From the IMG/VR virus record IMGVR_UViG_3300038675_000120, positions 1 to 40,541 of that record: 40,541 nucleotides of DNA; one strand, written 5' to 3'. The translations under genes and the position numbers were made by a program. The stretch comes from a virus (taxonomy: Duplodnaviria; Caudoviricetes). Shown one piece after another: positions 25,989 to 34,695 of this stretch. The first letter of the stretch is position 1. Every line of letters begins with the position of its first letter. The notes below the pieces were generated by a model. The model was not told the origin of the DNA, searched no databases, and saw only the letters and a list, made by a program, of their open reading frames with translations.

Positions 25989-27121
25989 CCGCTTTTTGGT
26001 TTTAGGATTGCGTCATACGCATCACGCCACAAATGCGCTTTTGTCTTGATATTGTGATTGGCTAAGACCTCGGCTTTTGCTTCGCAAGCCATTGCGTAAC
26101 GAGTTGATTTGCTTGAGATAAGACGCTCGATAGCGTCTACCCACTCCTTCTCATCCTCGTTGCAGAGAATGCCAGTGTTTCCGTTGCTAATCACTTTTGA
26201 GTATGGCGGGATATTTGCGGCAACCGTTGCCATCCCGACCATCGAATACTCCATCCACTTAATTGCCGACTTCATTCGGTTGAACTCGTTGTCTACCAAG
26301 GGGCACAACCCAATATCGCAGTTAAGTAAACTGAGTTTATAGGGATACGCCTCAAACGCCGACCACCCGTGCCATTCAATCCTCGACTGATCGCAGTTTT
26401 TAAAGAGCTTCTTGAAACGGGAGTCCCCGTAGAACACGAACTTCACATTCTTGTGGCGTTTAAGAATCTCCACAACCACGGGATGAATGAAGAACAGGTC
26501 CTCGTAGTGGGATGCCCCACCCTGCCAACAGATACGCACCTCGTTCTTGTTGAAGCTCGGAAGCGGTGGGAACCATTCAGGGTGAATGAGGTTCGGGAGT
26601 ACGACTGTATTCTCGTTAATCTTCTTGAATTCCTCGGCGAGCTCTGGGGTCGTACAACTCACCATATCCGCTTTCTTAAAGTTTGAGCGGAATGTCTCCC
26701 GATAATGAATGTTTCGCTCAATGTCGAACAGTTTCTTGCCCGTAGGAGAAACCATGTCCTCAGACCATAACCATTCCTTTCGTCCGTCCGGCCATTCGTA
26801 CTGAACTGGCTCAACACCAATCTTGGCATAGAACGGATTCATCGGAGAGGTCTTAAACGGGTTGTCGTCATAGTCTGCGACGAACAGTTTCCCGTACTTC
26901 TGCACAACCTTGATGAACTTGAACCATTCCTCTGTTGCCGCACGATGAATTACGATAATGTCTGACCATAGTGCAGCCTCCAGAGCTTGTTCGCTCCCAA
27001 GTTGCCACTCATACACCATCGCAAGCTCGCAAAGCCCCTGTTCAGCCATGGCTTGAAGCGGTGTTTCAAGCCTGTAATGATGGCAAGCGTTTATGTCTCG
27101 TTGCGCCGAAAAAATCCTCAT
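25976..27121 (-). CDS. GT-B (GT4-like) glycosyltransferase
   Basis: DYDD, GGASHYED, DIGLCPLVDNEFNRMKSAIKWMEYS; GGAGGAG RBS before ATG 27121. Confidence 0.9.
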   Translation of the reverse strand: MRIFSAQRDINACHHYRLETPLQAMAEQGLCELAMVYEWQLGSEQALEAALWSDIIVIHRAATEEWFKFIKVVQKYGKLFVADYDDNPFKTSPMNPFYAKIGVEPVQYEWPDGRKEWLWSEDMVSPTGKKLFDIERNIHYRETFRSNFKKADMVSCTTPELAEEFKKINENTVVLPNLIHPEWFPPLPSFNKNEVRICWQGGASHYEDLFFIHPVVVEILKRHKNVKFVFYGDSRFKKLFKNCDQSRIEWHGWSAFEAYPYKLSLLNCDIGLCPLVDNEFNRMKSAIKWMEYSMVGMATVAANIPPYSKVISNGNTGILCNEDEKEWVDAIERLISSKSTRYAMACEAKAEVLANHNIKTKAHLWRDAYDAILKPKSGMIK

Positions 27122-28107
27122 TGCTTCTCCTCCAAATTGTAAGTTATCTGTTTCTTCACGCTTCTCATTGAAAACGCATCGTTCCAACCCGTTGACGGGC
27201 GGTTAGGAAAGCCGAGGCAACTGGGGGGTTCAATCTCGTCTTTCTCTCCAATTAATTTAGCCCAACCAAAATCAATTAAAAATATCTTGCCGTCCTTGAC
27301 CATCAAATTGTCCAAGCGGATGTCTCGGTGAATGATGTTGGCGAGAGCTAAATCCTCAAGAATCTCGTCCAACTGCTCTTCCCAATTCGCAGGAATATCA
27401 CTTAAAAGCGATACGCCGCAGTCCTCCATCTCAAGAACCCCATCCTTGTGCGAGTACACTTTTGGGAAGTGCGGAGAATGCACGGTGCTTAGAATCCTCC
27501 ACTCATTCTCAATGAGCGGATAAGCTGAGTATCCAGTCTGTTTCTTGAATATCCTTCCGCCCTTCTTCTCAACTACAGATGTCGCCCCCTTCCAGTAAGC
27601 GTTATATCTACCAACTGTTGGGTCTTTCGGCTCAGTCCATCCAATCGTGGAACCCTTCAACCCATCAAACAATTCCTGAATAGTCACATCCCCAAGAAAA
27701 CGATAGTATTCGTCAGCAATATGATTCTTGTGATGCACGGCATGATAGGCAAGGGCGAGCCTGTGGTGGACGGGATCGGGAGTCCAGAAACCGTTTTGGT
27801 TCCACTCCCTTGACACAAGCATCGCCCTGCCGAAATCGTCAGGATAGTACCCGTCCCCTATGTGCCTGACATCACAGTAGAAGTAGGATTCTCCGATTGG
27901 AACTCTCATGCGTACACGTGGGTATGGGTAGCACGGTTGTGCCATCGGCATGATTTCTCTGAAGTGTTCAAAGTCGTAGCAGTAAAGGTCGAGGTCGGAG
28001 TGTTCTCCTAAACACACATCGTTGGGTAAGTGTTCCCAATTGCGCAAAACGACATAGTGGAAATCGACATCGTGAAGCCGTGCGAAAAATTCTTTTAACG
28101 ATTCCAT
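27118..28107 (-). CDS. nucleotidyltransferase-like domain fused to protein-kinase-like (Kdo/APH-type) domain
   Basis: YVVLRN...SDLDL N-terminal; KGATSVV, HRDIRLDN, LIDFG C-terminal. Confidence 0.8.
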   Translation of the reverse strand: MESLKEFFARLHDVDFHYVVLRNWEHLPNDVCLGEHSDLDLYCYDFEHFREIMPMAQPCYPYPRVRMRVPIGESYFYCDVRHIGDGYYPDDFGRAMLVSREWNQNGFWTPDPVHHRLALAYHAVHHKNHIADEYYRFLGDVTIQELFDGLKGSTIGWTEPKDPTVGRYNAYWKGATSVVEKKGGRIFKKQTGYSAYPLIENEWRILSTVHSPHFPKVYSHKDGVLEMEDCGVSLLSDIPANWEEQLDEILEDLALANIIHRDIRLDNLMVKDGKIFLIDFGWAKLIGEKDEIEPPSCLGFPNRPSTGWNDAFSMRSVKKQITYNLEEKQ

Positions 28108-28631
28108 CGCTTCCTCACCATCTTTCCAGTTCCTTCAATGCCCCATTTCTCAAAGGCTTCGAAGAGCCCAATCTTGTAGTCATTTGTGCACACAAAAGGC
28201 ACCACTTTAATTCCGCAGTCCTCCATGCGTTTAACATCCAAGTACTTGTCCTCTGCTTCTGGGTTCGTCAAGTACTCATCGCACCCATGCTTCTTGCAGT
28301 AGTCAATTAACCTGTCAGTTCCTGTTTCAAAGTTCGCATCGTCATAGACAACCTTATCCGTGTTGATTCCCAGCATCTTGGCGAATCCAAGAATCAATGG
28401 GGTATTAACCTCTGGAATGGGATACCCATTGGTATACCTCTTGAAGTAGATGCTCTCCTTCCCACCGCAAACTGGAAGTGTCATCCACTTGTCCTTATAC
28501 TTGAACCTGTTCGTCCACCCGTTCTTCTCAAACTGGCAGTGTGCCATTAGGACGAACTTGTCGGCTAGGTGCATCTTTCTAAAAAAAACCAGCCAAGGGC
28601 AAAGATTTATCTGGTGCGCCGCTAAAATCAT
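28095..28631 (-). CDS. WbqC-like protein
   Basis: AAHQINLCPWLVFF.K...D.FV....QF.K.GWTNR...W.TLPV; T.RLID.C...G.DEYL. Confidence 0.85.
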   Translation of the reverse strand: MILAAHQINLCPWLVFFRKMHLADKFVLMAHCQFEKNGWTNRFKYKDKWMTLPVCGGKESIYFKRYTNGYPIPEVNTPLILGFAKMLGINTDKVVYDDANFETGTDRLIDYCKKHGCDEYLTNPEAEDKYLDVKRMEDCGIKVVPFVCTNDYKIGLFEAFEKWGIEGTGKMVRKRWNR

Positions 28632-29209
28632 ATCATCCACCTCACGACTTCGAACGCTTCCGCATACTCGCAACCCGCCTGCATTCCTCTAACTCTCGCA
28701 AGTGATTCAATGAACTCTCTAGAAATGTATGGGCGATTGGCTTGGCTTCGGTAACGGGAAAGGGCTTCACATTTAGCCATGATGTCGTCTCTGTTGAGCT
28801 TGACGAACGCATTGGTTTGGAACGAGAGGTTGTTTTGCGGCATTTCGTAGCCGAGGAGCGTGTGCCTTTTGAATGCCCTGAATCCTTCCTCCCTGATGAC
28901 TTGATGGTCTTGATGTGTGTCTGTTGAAGCAGGGATAAGAACAACATCTGGCGCAACGCTTCTCTCAATCCTGATGAGTTCATCGAGTATGCTTTGTCGA
29001 TGCTCTGTGAAATTTCTGACTGGATAGTCCAGAAGTCTTGCATCAATTTGAAGACACTTGCTTGAGGCGAAGAACTCTTCCTTGTCTGCCGATCCGCATG
29101 AAAATGACACACCATAAACTTTTGCTCCTTCCTTTACCCATCTGTTAATTGCCCCGCCACAAGCGAACTCTATGTCGTCCGTGTGCGGACTGACCGCCAA
29201 TATGTTCAT
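28628..29209 (-). CDS. PIG-L/LmbE family N-deacetylase
   Basis: SPHTDDIEFACGG, DTHQDH, Y.SQ, AEAFEV. Confidence 0.9.
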   Translation of the reverse strand: MNILAVSPHTDDIEFACGGAINRWVKEGAKVYGVSFSCGSADKEEFFASSKCLQIDARLLDYPVRNFTEHRQSILDELIRIERSVAPDVVLIPASTDTHQDHQVIREEGFRAFKRHTLLGYEMPQNNLSFQTNAFVKLNRDDIMAKCEALSRYRSQANRPYISREFIESLARVRGMQAGCEYAEAFEVVRWMI

Positions 29210-30318
29210 TCAAAGCGTTTTCCATGAGCATGCGCAGGAACGCCATACCATTTCTCACCAGCGGGAACATCTCGGCTAACGACAGAACCAGCGCCGATAA
29301 GTGCCTTCTCTCCAATGGTTACGCCCGGTAGAATGATGGAACCGAGTCCAACTGAAGCTCCCTTCTTGATTAACACCTTGCCCCAGCACTCGTGGTTGCT
29401 TGGCGGGTATCTGTCATTGCTTACAGAAACACGTGGGGCAATAAAACAATCGTCCTCAATCGTCACTCCTTCGGGCAAGAAACACATCGCACCGATACGC
29501 ACATTGTTCCCAATCACAACATTGTTCCCAATCTCAGTACCGTTCCCAACGGAGCATCCCTTCCCAATCTTTGCCGTCTTGTAAATATTGCAGTTGCCCC
29601 AAATGACGGTTCCCTTATCAATCTCGTACGCTTTTCGAAGAAGCGGCGTGTCAATCTGCTCAAGAAGAATCTGCATATCCTCCACCGTGCAATGACCGCC
29701 CACATAATCCTTGAATGGGTATAAGACGGGCTGTACAAGGTCAGGACGGTTTAGTCTCATCAACCCATCCGAACGAGTTCCCTCGTACTCCTTGACAGCC
29801 ACGTCATAACTCACACCGAAGTGTTTGCAGATTTTCTCCTGCTCCTTGGCAAAGGCGATGTAGGTTCCGTAACGGCAAAGCTCAAGCAACTTCGCAAGCT
29901 CGGTTGTCTTCGTACCGCTAATAAGTTTTGTCCTTATTCCAGCTTTCTCAAAATATGAAAGCACTTGCTCATTAAGGTTCGCATCGTGGGAGTCGGTACC
30001 GATATACTTAACATAGTTGAGGATTCCACCCGTCATATCCGGGTGTTGCCCCCTTATCGGAGAATGAAATGCCCCAAGTTTTTCGCAAGTTCCAACGGGC
30101 ACGGAAGAATGAACAACAACAATATCGGGTTGCTGAACGGAGACATATTGTTTGACGATTGCATGGAAATTATTCCCCCAAGGAATGCAGACGTGCATGA
30201 TTTCGGTCTTATAGTTCGGATCGCTATTCTTCTCAAACCATTGAATGTCGTAGTGGTTCTTCAGGATTGCGAACAGTCCAGCGCCAACCTCACCAAGTCC
30301 GATAATTGAGCTTTTCAT
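29206..30318 (-). CDS. UDP-glucose/GDP-mannose dehydrogenase-family domain fused to hexapeptide-repeat acyltransferase
   Basis: GLGEVG, SSVPVGT, ELAKLLE, GGHC; then IGNNVVIGNNVRIG...GAGSVVSRDVP...GVPA. Confidence 0.9.
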   Translation of the reverse strand: MKSSIIGLGEVGAGLFAILKNHYDIQWFEKNSDPNYKTEIMHVCIPWGNNFHAIVKQYVSVQQPDIVVVHSSVPVGTCEKLGAFHSPIRGQHPDMTGGILNYVKYIGTDSHDANLNEQVLSYFEKAGIRTKLISGTKTTELAKLLELCRYGTYIAFAKEQEKICKHFGVSYDVAVKEYEGTRSDGLMRLNRPDLVQPVLYPFKDYVGGHCTVEDMQILLEQIDTPLLRKAYEIDKGTVIWGNCNIYKTAKIGKGCSVGNGTEIGNNVVIGNNVRIGAMCFLPEGVTIEDDCFIAPRVSVSNDRYPPSNHECWGKVLIKKGASVGLGSIILPGVTIGEKALIGAGSVVSRDVPAGEKWYGVPAHAHGKRFE

Positions 30319-31001
30319 TGCCAAGCTATCCTTCTGCCGATTTCGGCGTAGTACTGTTTGTGTTCCTCGCTTTTAATGCACAGCTTATGTTGCCCCGACC
30401 AATGTCCCATGTCCTCAACGACCACCGATGGAACCCATCCGATTTTTGGCTCCTTCTCCAAGATAATCTGATTTAACACCTCAAACGCCCCACGAATCCC
30501 AAGCGACGAGTCGTATCGTTCAAAGCTCATTCCTTCGACCAACTTCCTGCGCATAAACCAAAGCCCTCCGACATGGCTCGACCGCATATAACCCTTGCCC
30601 TCAGTGTCGGGTTCGCCCATACGCAGGGCGGCGTGTGAGGGGGTCACATCGGGGGAGAGAATGTCCGCCTCTTGGTTCTTTTCAAACACGGCAAGCATAT
30701 CGTTCATCCAGTTCTTCGGCATTAAGCAGTCATTGCCGACAACGCAGATAAATTCCGCAGATGAGAGTTCGATGAAGTTAATGAGGACATTGCGAAGCCC
30801 CATGTTCCGTTCATTCACCACCACCCTCTTATTCAGCGAAGACTGTCGAAGAATTTCTTCAGTACCATCAGCACTACCATCATCCCAAAGATGAAACAGA
30901 GCGTTATCATAGATTTGAGCCTCCTCAAGAGCCTTGATGCAACGAGTGGTGTATTCGGGACGCTTATAACAAGGTACTAAGACATCTACTTCAAACGACA
31001 T
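30315..31001 (-). CDS. GT-A (GT2) glycosyltransferase
   Basis: VLVPCYKRPEY, DDGSADGT, N.G, GNDC. Confidence 0.9.
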   Translation of the reverse strand: MSFEVDVLVPCYKRPEYTTRCIKALEEAQIYDNALFHLWDDGSADGTEEILRQSSLNKRVVVNERNMGLRNVLINFIELSSAEFICVVGNDCLMPKNWMNDMLAVFEKNQEADILSPDVTPSHAALRMGEPDTEGKGYMRSSHVGGLWFMRRKLVEGMSFERYDSSLGIRGAFEVLNQIILEKEPKIGWVPSVVVEDMGHWSGQHKLCIKSEEHKQYYAEIGRRIAWQ

Positions 31002-31228
31002 TTTCTCTCCTCCCGCAACTCGTCAACAACCATTTTCCATGCTTCGTATTTTTCTTTATGGTATTTAAGAACCAAATCCCTGCAATCCCTATTCTCAGCT
31101 AAAAAATCTATTAGTTTTTTATAAGATGGATTGTCGTATTTAGCGTCATCGGTAAGAAATATTAAATCATGTGCAAAAGAAATGGCGGTGTTGTTCCAAT
31201 TTCCGTCGAGCTCCTTTTCAAATAACAT
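30986..31228 (-). CDS. hypothetical protein
   Basis: Coupled ORF within the cassette. Confidence 0.55.
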   Translation of the reverse strand: MLFEKELDGNWNNTAISFAHDLIFLTDDAKYDNPSYKKLIDFLAENRDCRDLVLKYHKEKYEAWKMVVDELREERKCRLK

Positions 31229-31670
31229 CACTAGCATCCCTGATTGCCTCTGCAAGAATCTTGAACTCGGCCTTGGTAAGCTCCAAGCGGATGTCCCGAA
31301 TCTTCAAGTGAACATACTGCTCATCATCCAACTCCGCACCTTCTGCGAAGATTCTTCCCTCATTCACCGCATAGAGATTCCTGTTCAGATTCACCTTACA
31401 GTAATCCCTGTCAATCGGCACAGTAGCTATATCTTTTCGACAAAGCTCAATATGTCCAGAACCAGTAGGAGGACATCCCCTCTCATTCCACCGCTTCCAA
31501 GCGTCGGCCATCCCCTTGCCGAACTCACGCCAATCCTTCTCGCTTAAGGCAATCCTTAAATTTCGGTAATGGAAGTGAACCGTCTCGGCAATTTCCACCA
31601 CTAAGCGGTTGTTAAAGATAGCGTGTTCTGGGAACTTCTTGTCCGCAAGATTAACTATCGTGTGTCCCAA
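31218..31670 (-). CDS. hypothetical protein with internal duplication
   Basis: AAGGAG RBS before TTG 31670; ETVHFHYRNLRIALS vs QYVHLKIRDIRLELT. Confidence 0.7.
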   Translation of the reverse strand: MGHTIVNLADKKFPEHAIFNNRLVVEIAETVHFHYRNLRIALSEKDWREFGKGMADAWKRWNERGCPPTGSGHIELCRKDIATVPIDRDYCKVNLNRNLYAVNEGRIFAEGAELDDEQYVHLKIRDIRLELTKAEFKILAEAIRDASDVI

Positions 31671-32214
31671 CCCTAACTCCTTTCGCAATTATCCAATGGG
31701 AATATCCAATCAACTCGTCAAACCTCACCAAGGAACCATACCTATCAACCACATCTTCCTTGCGCTTAAAGATTCTGACATGGCCGGGATCATCAAACCG
31801 AGGGAGCGTCATAATCACATTTGCACCATCTGGAATCCTGCGAATGACATCCAAGTCATCCGCTAAATGCTCCAGAACTTCCATAAGGAGGACGGTGTTA
31901 AACTCGTTTGAAATCTCGTACTTCCTGATGTCCGCAATCTCAAACGCCTGCGGAGAAACAGTCCGTGCTATCCAAATCGCTTTCTCTGAAAAATCAACAC
32001 CGAAGTAATTCTTGAAATTACTATCCCACAACATCTTTGCAAACTGCCCAGTCCCGCACCCAAGCTCAAGGATTGACGGGCTTTCAATGTCGGTTAGCAT
32101 CCCTTTCACCACTTGGAAGACGGGGTAGTACGGCAACTTTGTATAATCTTCTACATACTTATGCTCGGTTTCATACACTTTGTTGTAGAAATCCATACCT
32201 TTCTCACATCCCAT
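31651..32214 (-). CDS. class I SAM-dependent methyltransferase
   Basis: ILELGCGTG, GVDFS, EVLEHL. Confidence 0.9.
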   Translation of the reverse strand: MGCEKGMDFYNKVYETEHKYVEDYTKLPYYPVFQVVKGMLTDIESPSILELGCGTGQFAKMLWDSNFKNYFGVDFSEKAIWIARTVSPQAFEIADIRKYEISNEFNTVLLMEVLEHLADDLDVIRRIPDGANVIMTLPRFDDPGHVRIFKRKEDVVDRYGSLVRFDELIGYSHWIIAKGVRVGTHDS

Positions 32215-32683
32215 AAGCCGTCACCTTCCCCTGCTCTGTTCCATACTGCGAACGTACCCAAATGAGTAAGCGGTTAGGGTCATCCCCGTCGCAAACTCTC
32301 TTCATAAACTTGCGCCAAATCGGTCGGTTATCCTCATCCCAAAACTTGTCATACACCAAGTTCGTCATAAAGTTGTGAAGCTCGGTTGGAATCTCGTACT
32401 CAAACTTGAAAGTACCATCCTCAGACCATCCCATTGAATCGGTGTATTTCCCCTTGCGCCCGACCTCGTTCAATTCCTTCCACTTCATGAAGTTCTGCAC
32501 CCTTGCCACCTCGCACATATAGGGGAACGCCGCAATCTTCTTCTCGCAGAATTTTTTGTGGCACAACTTGATAAACTCTATCGGGTCGGTCTTGGCTAGG
32601 TTCTTGTGAGTGGACGAAACCTCATTGAACGCCGAGGCTCGTAACTGCTCTGATAAGGATATTTCTGAGGGATTCCCGTCCAC
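32204..32683 (-). CDS. hypothetical protein downstream of capsid
   Basis: AAGGAG RBS before GTG. Confidence 0.7.
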   Translation of the reverse strand: MDGNPSEISLSEQLRASAFNEVSSTHKNLAKTDPIEFIKLCHKKFCEKKIAAFPYMCEVARVQNFMKWKELNEVGRKGKYTDSMGWSEDGTFKFEYEIPTELHNFMTNLVYDKFWDEDNRPIWRKFMKRVCDGDDPNRLLIWVRSQYGTEQGKVTAYGM

Positions 32684-32710
32684 TCTTTGCTCCTTTTACA
32701 TACTTTTAGT

Positions 32711-32750
32711 TGTATTTGGGGGGCTAGATTTCTCTAACCCCCCGAACACA
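32711..32750 (-). other. strong GNRA-capped hairpin after the capsid gene, no U-tract
   Basis: GGGGGGTTAGA-GAAA-TCTAGCCCCCC on - strand, followed by AAATAC. Confidence 0.65.
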
Positions 32751-32761
32751 ATTAATACAGA

Positions 32762-33688
32762 TTAGGCAATCGCACCGCTAGGAGTGCAGTTGTCAATCTT
32801 TCCGTGCGCAAGATGGTTACCCCAACCAAAGGACAACTCAGCTTCCACCCAGCCTTTTTCAGACGAGGCGGTAGGAGCACCCTTGTAGGAGGCCATATCA
32901 CGCAGAACGTAACACTTCAGCTGTTCCGGCGTAACGATGGTGAGCCGTTTCGGCAGGTGGTTCCGATCAGGAATGATGTCAACCGTACCGAAAGAGCCTT
33001 CGTACTTGTTGACGTTCGCAATCGCAACACGAGCCGACGCATTCACGTTCCAAGAAAAACCAGTCTTGGCAGTGAACTTCTTGCTGATGACCATCTTCTG
33101 GTGACCACCCGTGAAAAGCGCACGAGGATTTCCACCCGCCGTCCAAATCTTCTGAAGAACCGCATTCACTGCATCCTCAGTCAACTGGGACGTGGCCGCA
33201 GCCGAAGCACCGTTAGAACCATGCGCCGTGTTTTTGATGATGGCTTTCTGAATGCCTTTGCAAGTACGACCAGACGCCGTCGTCCCGGCACCAGTGTTAC
33301 CAGTGTTCAGGAAGATTTTGTCGTAGTCGAGTGCAAGAGCTTTCATTGCCTTCATTACTTCACGGGCGTAAGAATCCTTGATTCCCGCCACATCCACAGC
33401 CATCTGCGTGAACGTAACATCGAAGTTGCGCACACGAATTTGGGTGTAGTTGGAAACACGGGTTCTCATCGCAGGTTGCGTATAAGAGAGGTTAGCCCCT
33501 TCAACAACAGCCGTAGTAGAAGCGGAAGCCAAAACGTCCACTTGCCACTCTGGTTTCGTGGAACCAACTCTCACTTTTTCGCACGTCGCAAAAAACGGAA
33601 CATCATCAGCGAAAAGGTCAGCGACCTGAGCCGTCAACCCCTCTCTGTTGCCCTTCTGGTTATATGTATTAACTTGTGCAGATGCCAT
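32762..33688 (-). CDS. major capsid protein (DUF5309/SU10-like)
   Basis: GNREGL...EWQVD.L...EGA...R..NYTQI; V..YEGSFG.V.IIPDR; follows scaffold; AAGGAG RBS. Confidence 0.9.
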   Translation of the reverse strand: MASAQVNTYNQKGNREGLTAQVADLFADDVPFFATCEKVRVGSTKPEWQVDVLASASTTAVVEGANLSYTQPAMRTRVSNYTQIRVRNFDVTFTQMAVDVAGIKDSYAREVMKAMKALALDYDKIFLNTGNTGAGTTASGRTCKGIQKAIIKNTAHGSNGASAAATSQLTEDAVNAVLQKIWTAGGNPRALFTGGHQKMVISKKFTAKTGFSWNVNASARVAIANVNKYEGSFGTVDIIPDRNHLPKRLTIVTPEQLKCYVLRDMASYKGAPTASSEKGWVEAELSFGWGNHLAHGKIDNCTPSGAIA

Positions 33689-33700
33689 GATTTACTCCTT

Positions 33701-34675
33701 TTATCGGGCACCCATGAAGCTATCAACAACTTCGTCAGTTCCAAGACGCTTGCGGAAAAACTCTAACTTGTCTCCAGTCGTGCCGTTCTTGGCTCGCTTG
33801 AACACTTTTACATCGGAGTCTGGTTCCGAGGTGGCTTTGCGACTAACGCCATCCAAGCTAACCTTCTTCTTCAGCGTGTTCACTTGCCTGTCAAGTTCGG
33901 CAACTTTGGTCTTCCCGACATGTGCCTCTTGCATGAGCTTGTAATGGCTCACCGCAAGATTCCACGCACTCGCTTGACCCGAAACGGTGGTATGTAGTTC
34001 GGGTGTCGTGTCATAAATTTGTTTAGCGAGTGAGAAGATGTCCTTCTGCACCTTGTCGAAGTTCTGGATTTCGGGCGCTGAAATGGCAACCGCCTCATTG
34101 AACCGCTGGACTTGATTTTGGGCGAGACGCTGCGGAGCAGTCATCCTCACCAAATCAATCTTGTCCTCAAGTTCCATAAGCTTTGTCACCATTGCGTCAT
34201 CCGATGCGTTCTTTAGCTGTGCGAGGCGGGTCTGTTTCTTCAGACTTACGAGTTCGGATTCGGACATCTGCTCTAGCTTAATCATGTCCTCATCCTTCGC
34301 TGGCTTCTGTTGCGTCTGCTGTTCTTCCAACCTCTTCAACCGCAACTCCAAAGCCCTTTTCTCCCTAGTCATCTCATCCAAACGCTTCTGGAAAGTTGAC
34401 TTCGGGATCAGTTCCTCGTCTTCCTTTTCCTCCGTTTCAGTTTTAGCACCATCTTCCGCTTTTTCTGAAACCGCATCTTCAGCTACTTCTGCTTCCTTTT
34501 CTTCAACAGGCTCCTCTGCAACATCTTCATCCTCCTTCTTCACCGTCTCATCAATCTTCTGAGTAAGCGATTCAGGAAGTTCAAAGTTACTTAGGATGTT
34601 TTCCGCAAGCACTTTTTCCTGCGCCTGCTGTTCTGCTTCACTGCCCGTTTCATTATTTTGAATAATATTTCCCAT
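33701..34675 (-). CDS. capsid scaffolding protein
   Basis: Acidic N-terminus, FQKRLDEMTREKR coiled coil, between portal and capsid. Confidence 0.85.
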   Translation of the reverse strand: MGNIIQNNETGSEAEQQAQEKVLAENILSNFELPESLTQKIDETVKKEDEDVAEEPVEEKEAEVAEDAVSEKAEDGAKTETEEKEDEELIPKSTFQKRLDEMTREKRALELRLKRLEEQQTQQKPAKDEDMIKLEQMSESELVSLKKQTRLAQLKNASDDAMVTKLMELEDKIDLVRMTAPQRLAQNQVQRFNEAVAISAPEIQNFDKVQKDIFSLAKQIYDTTPELHTTVSGQASAWNLAVSHYKLMQEAHVGKTKVAELDRQVNTLKKKVSLDGVSRKATSEPDSDVKVFKRAKNGTTGDKLEFFRKRLGTDEVVDSFMGAR

Positions 34676-34695
34676 TTAACGCTCCTTGTTACCCA

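Noticed and set aside
25976-32214. Serotype-conversion (GtrABC-like) or captured host O-antigen locus
   Set aside because: No flippase, polymerase or multi-TM transferase; genes are coupled within the late operon. Disfavoured, not formally excluded
32804-33766. 320-aa + strand ORF
   Set aside because: Antisense shadow of the major capsid gene with no motifs; the same applies to most short opposite-strand ORFs in the track
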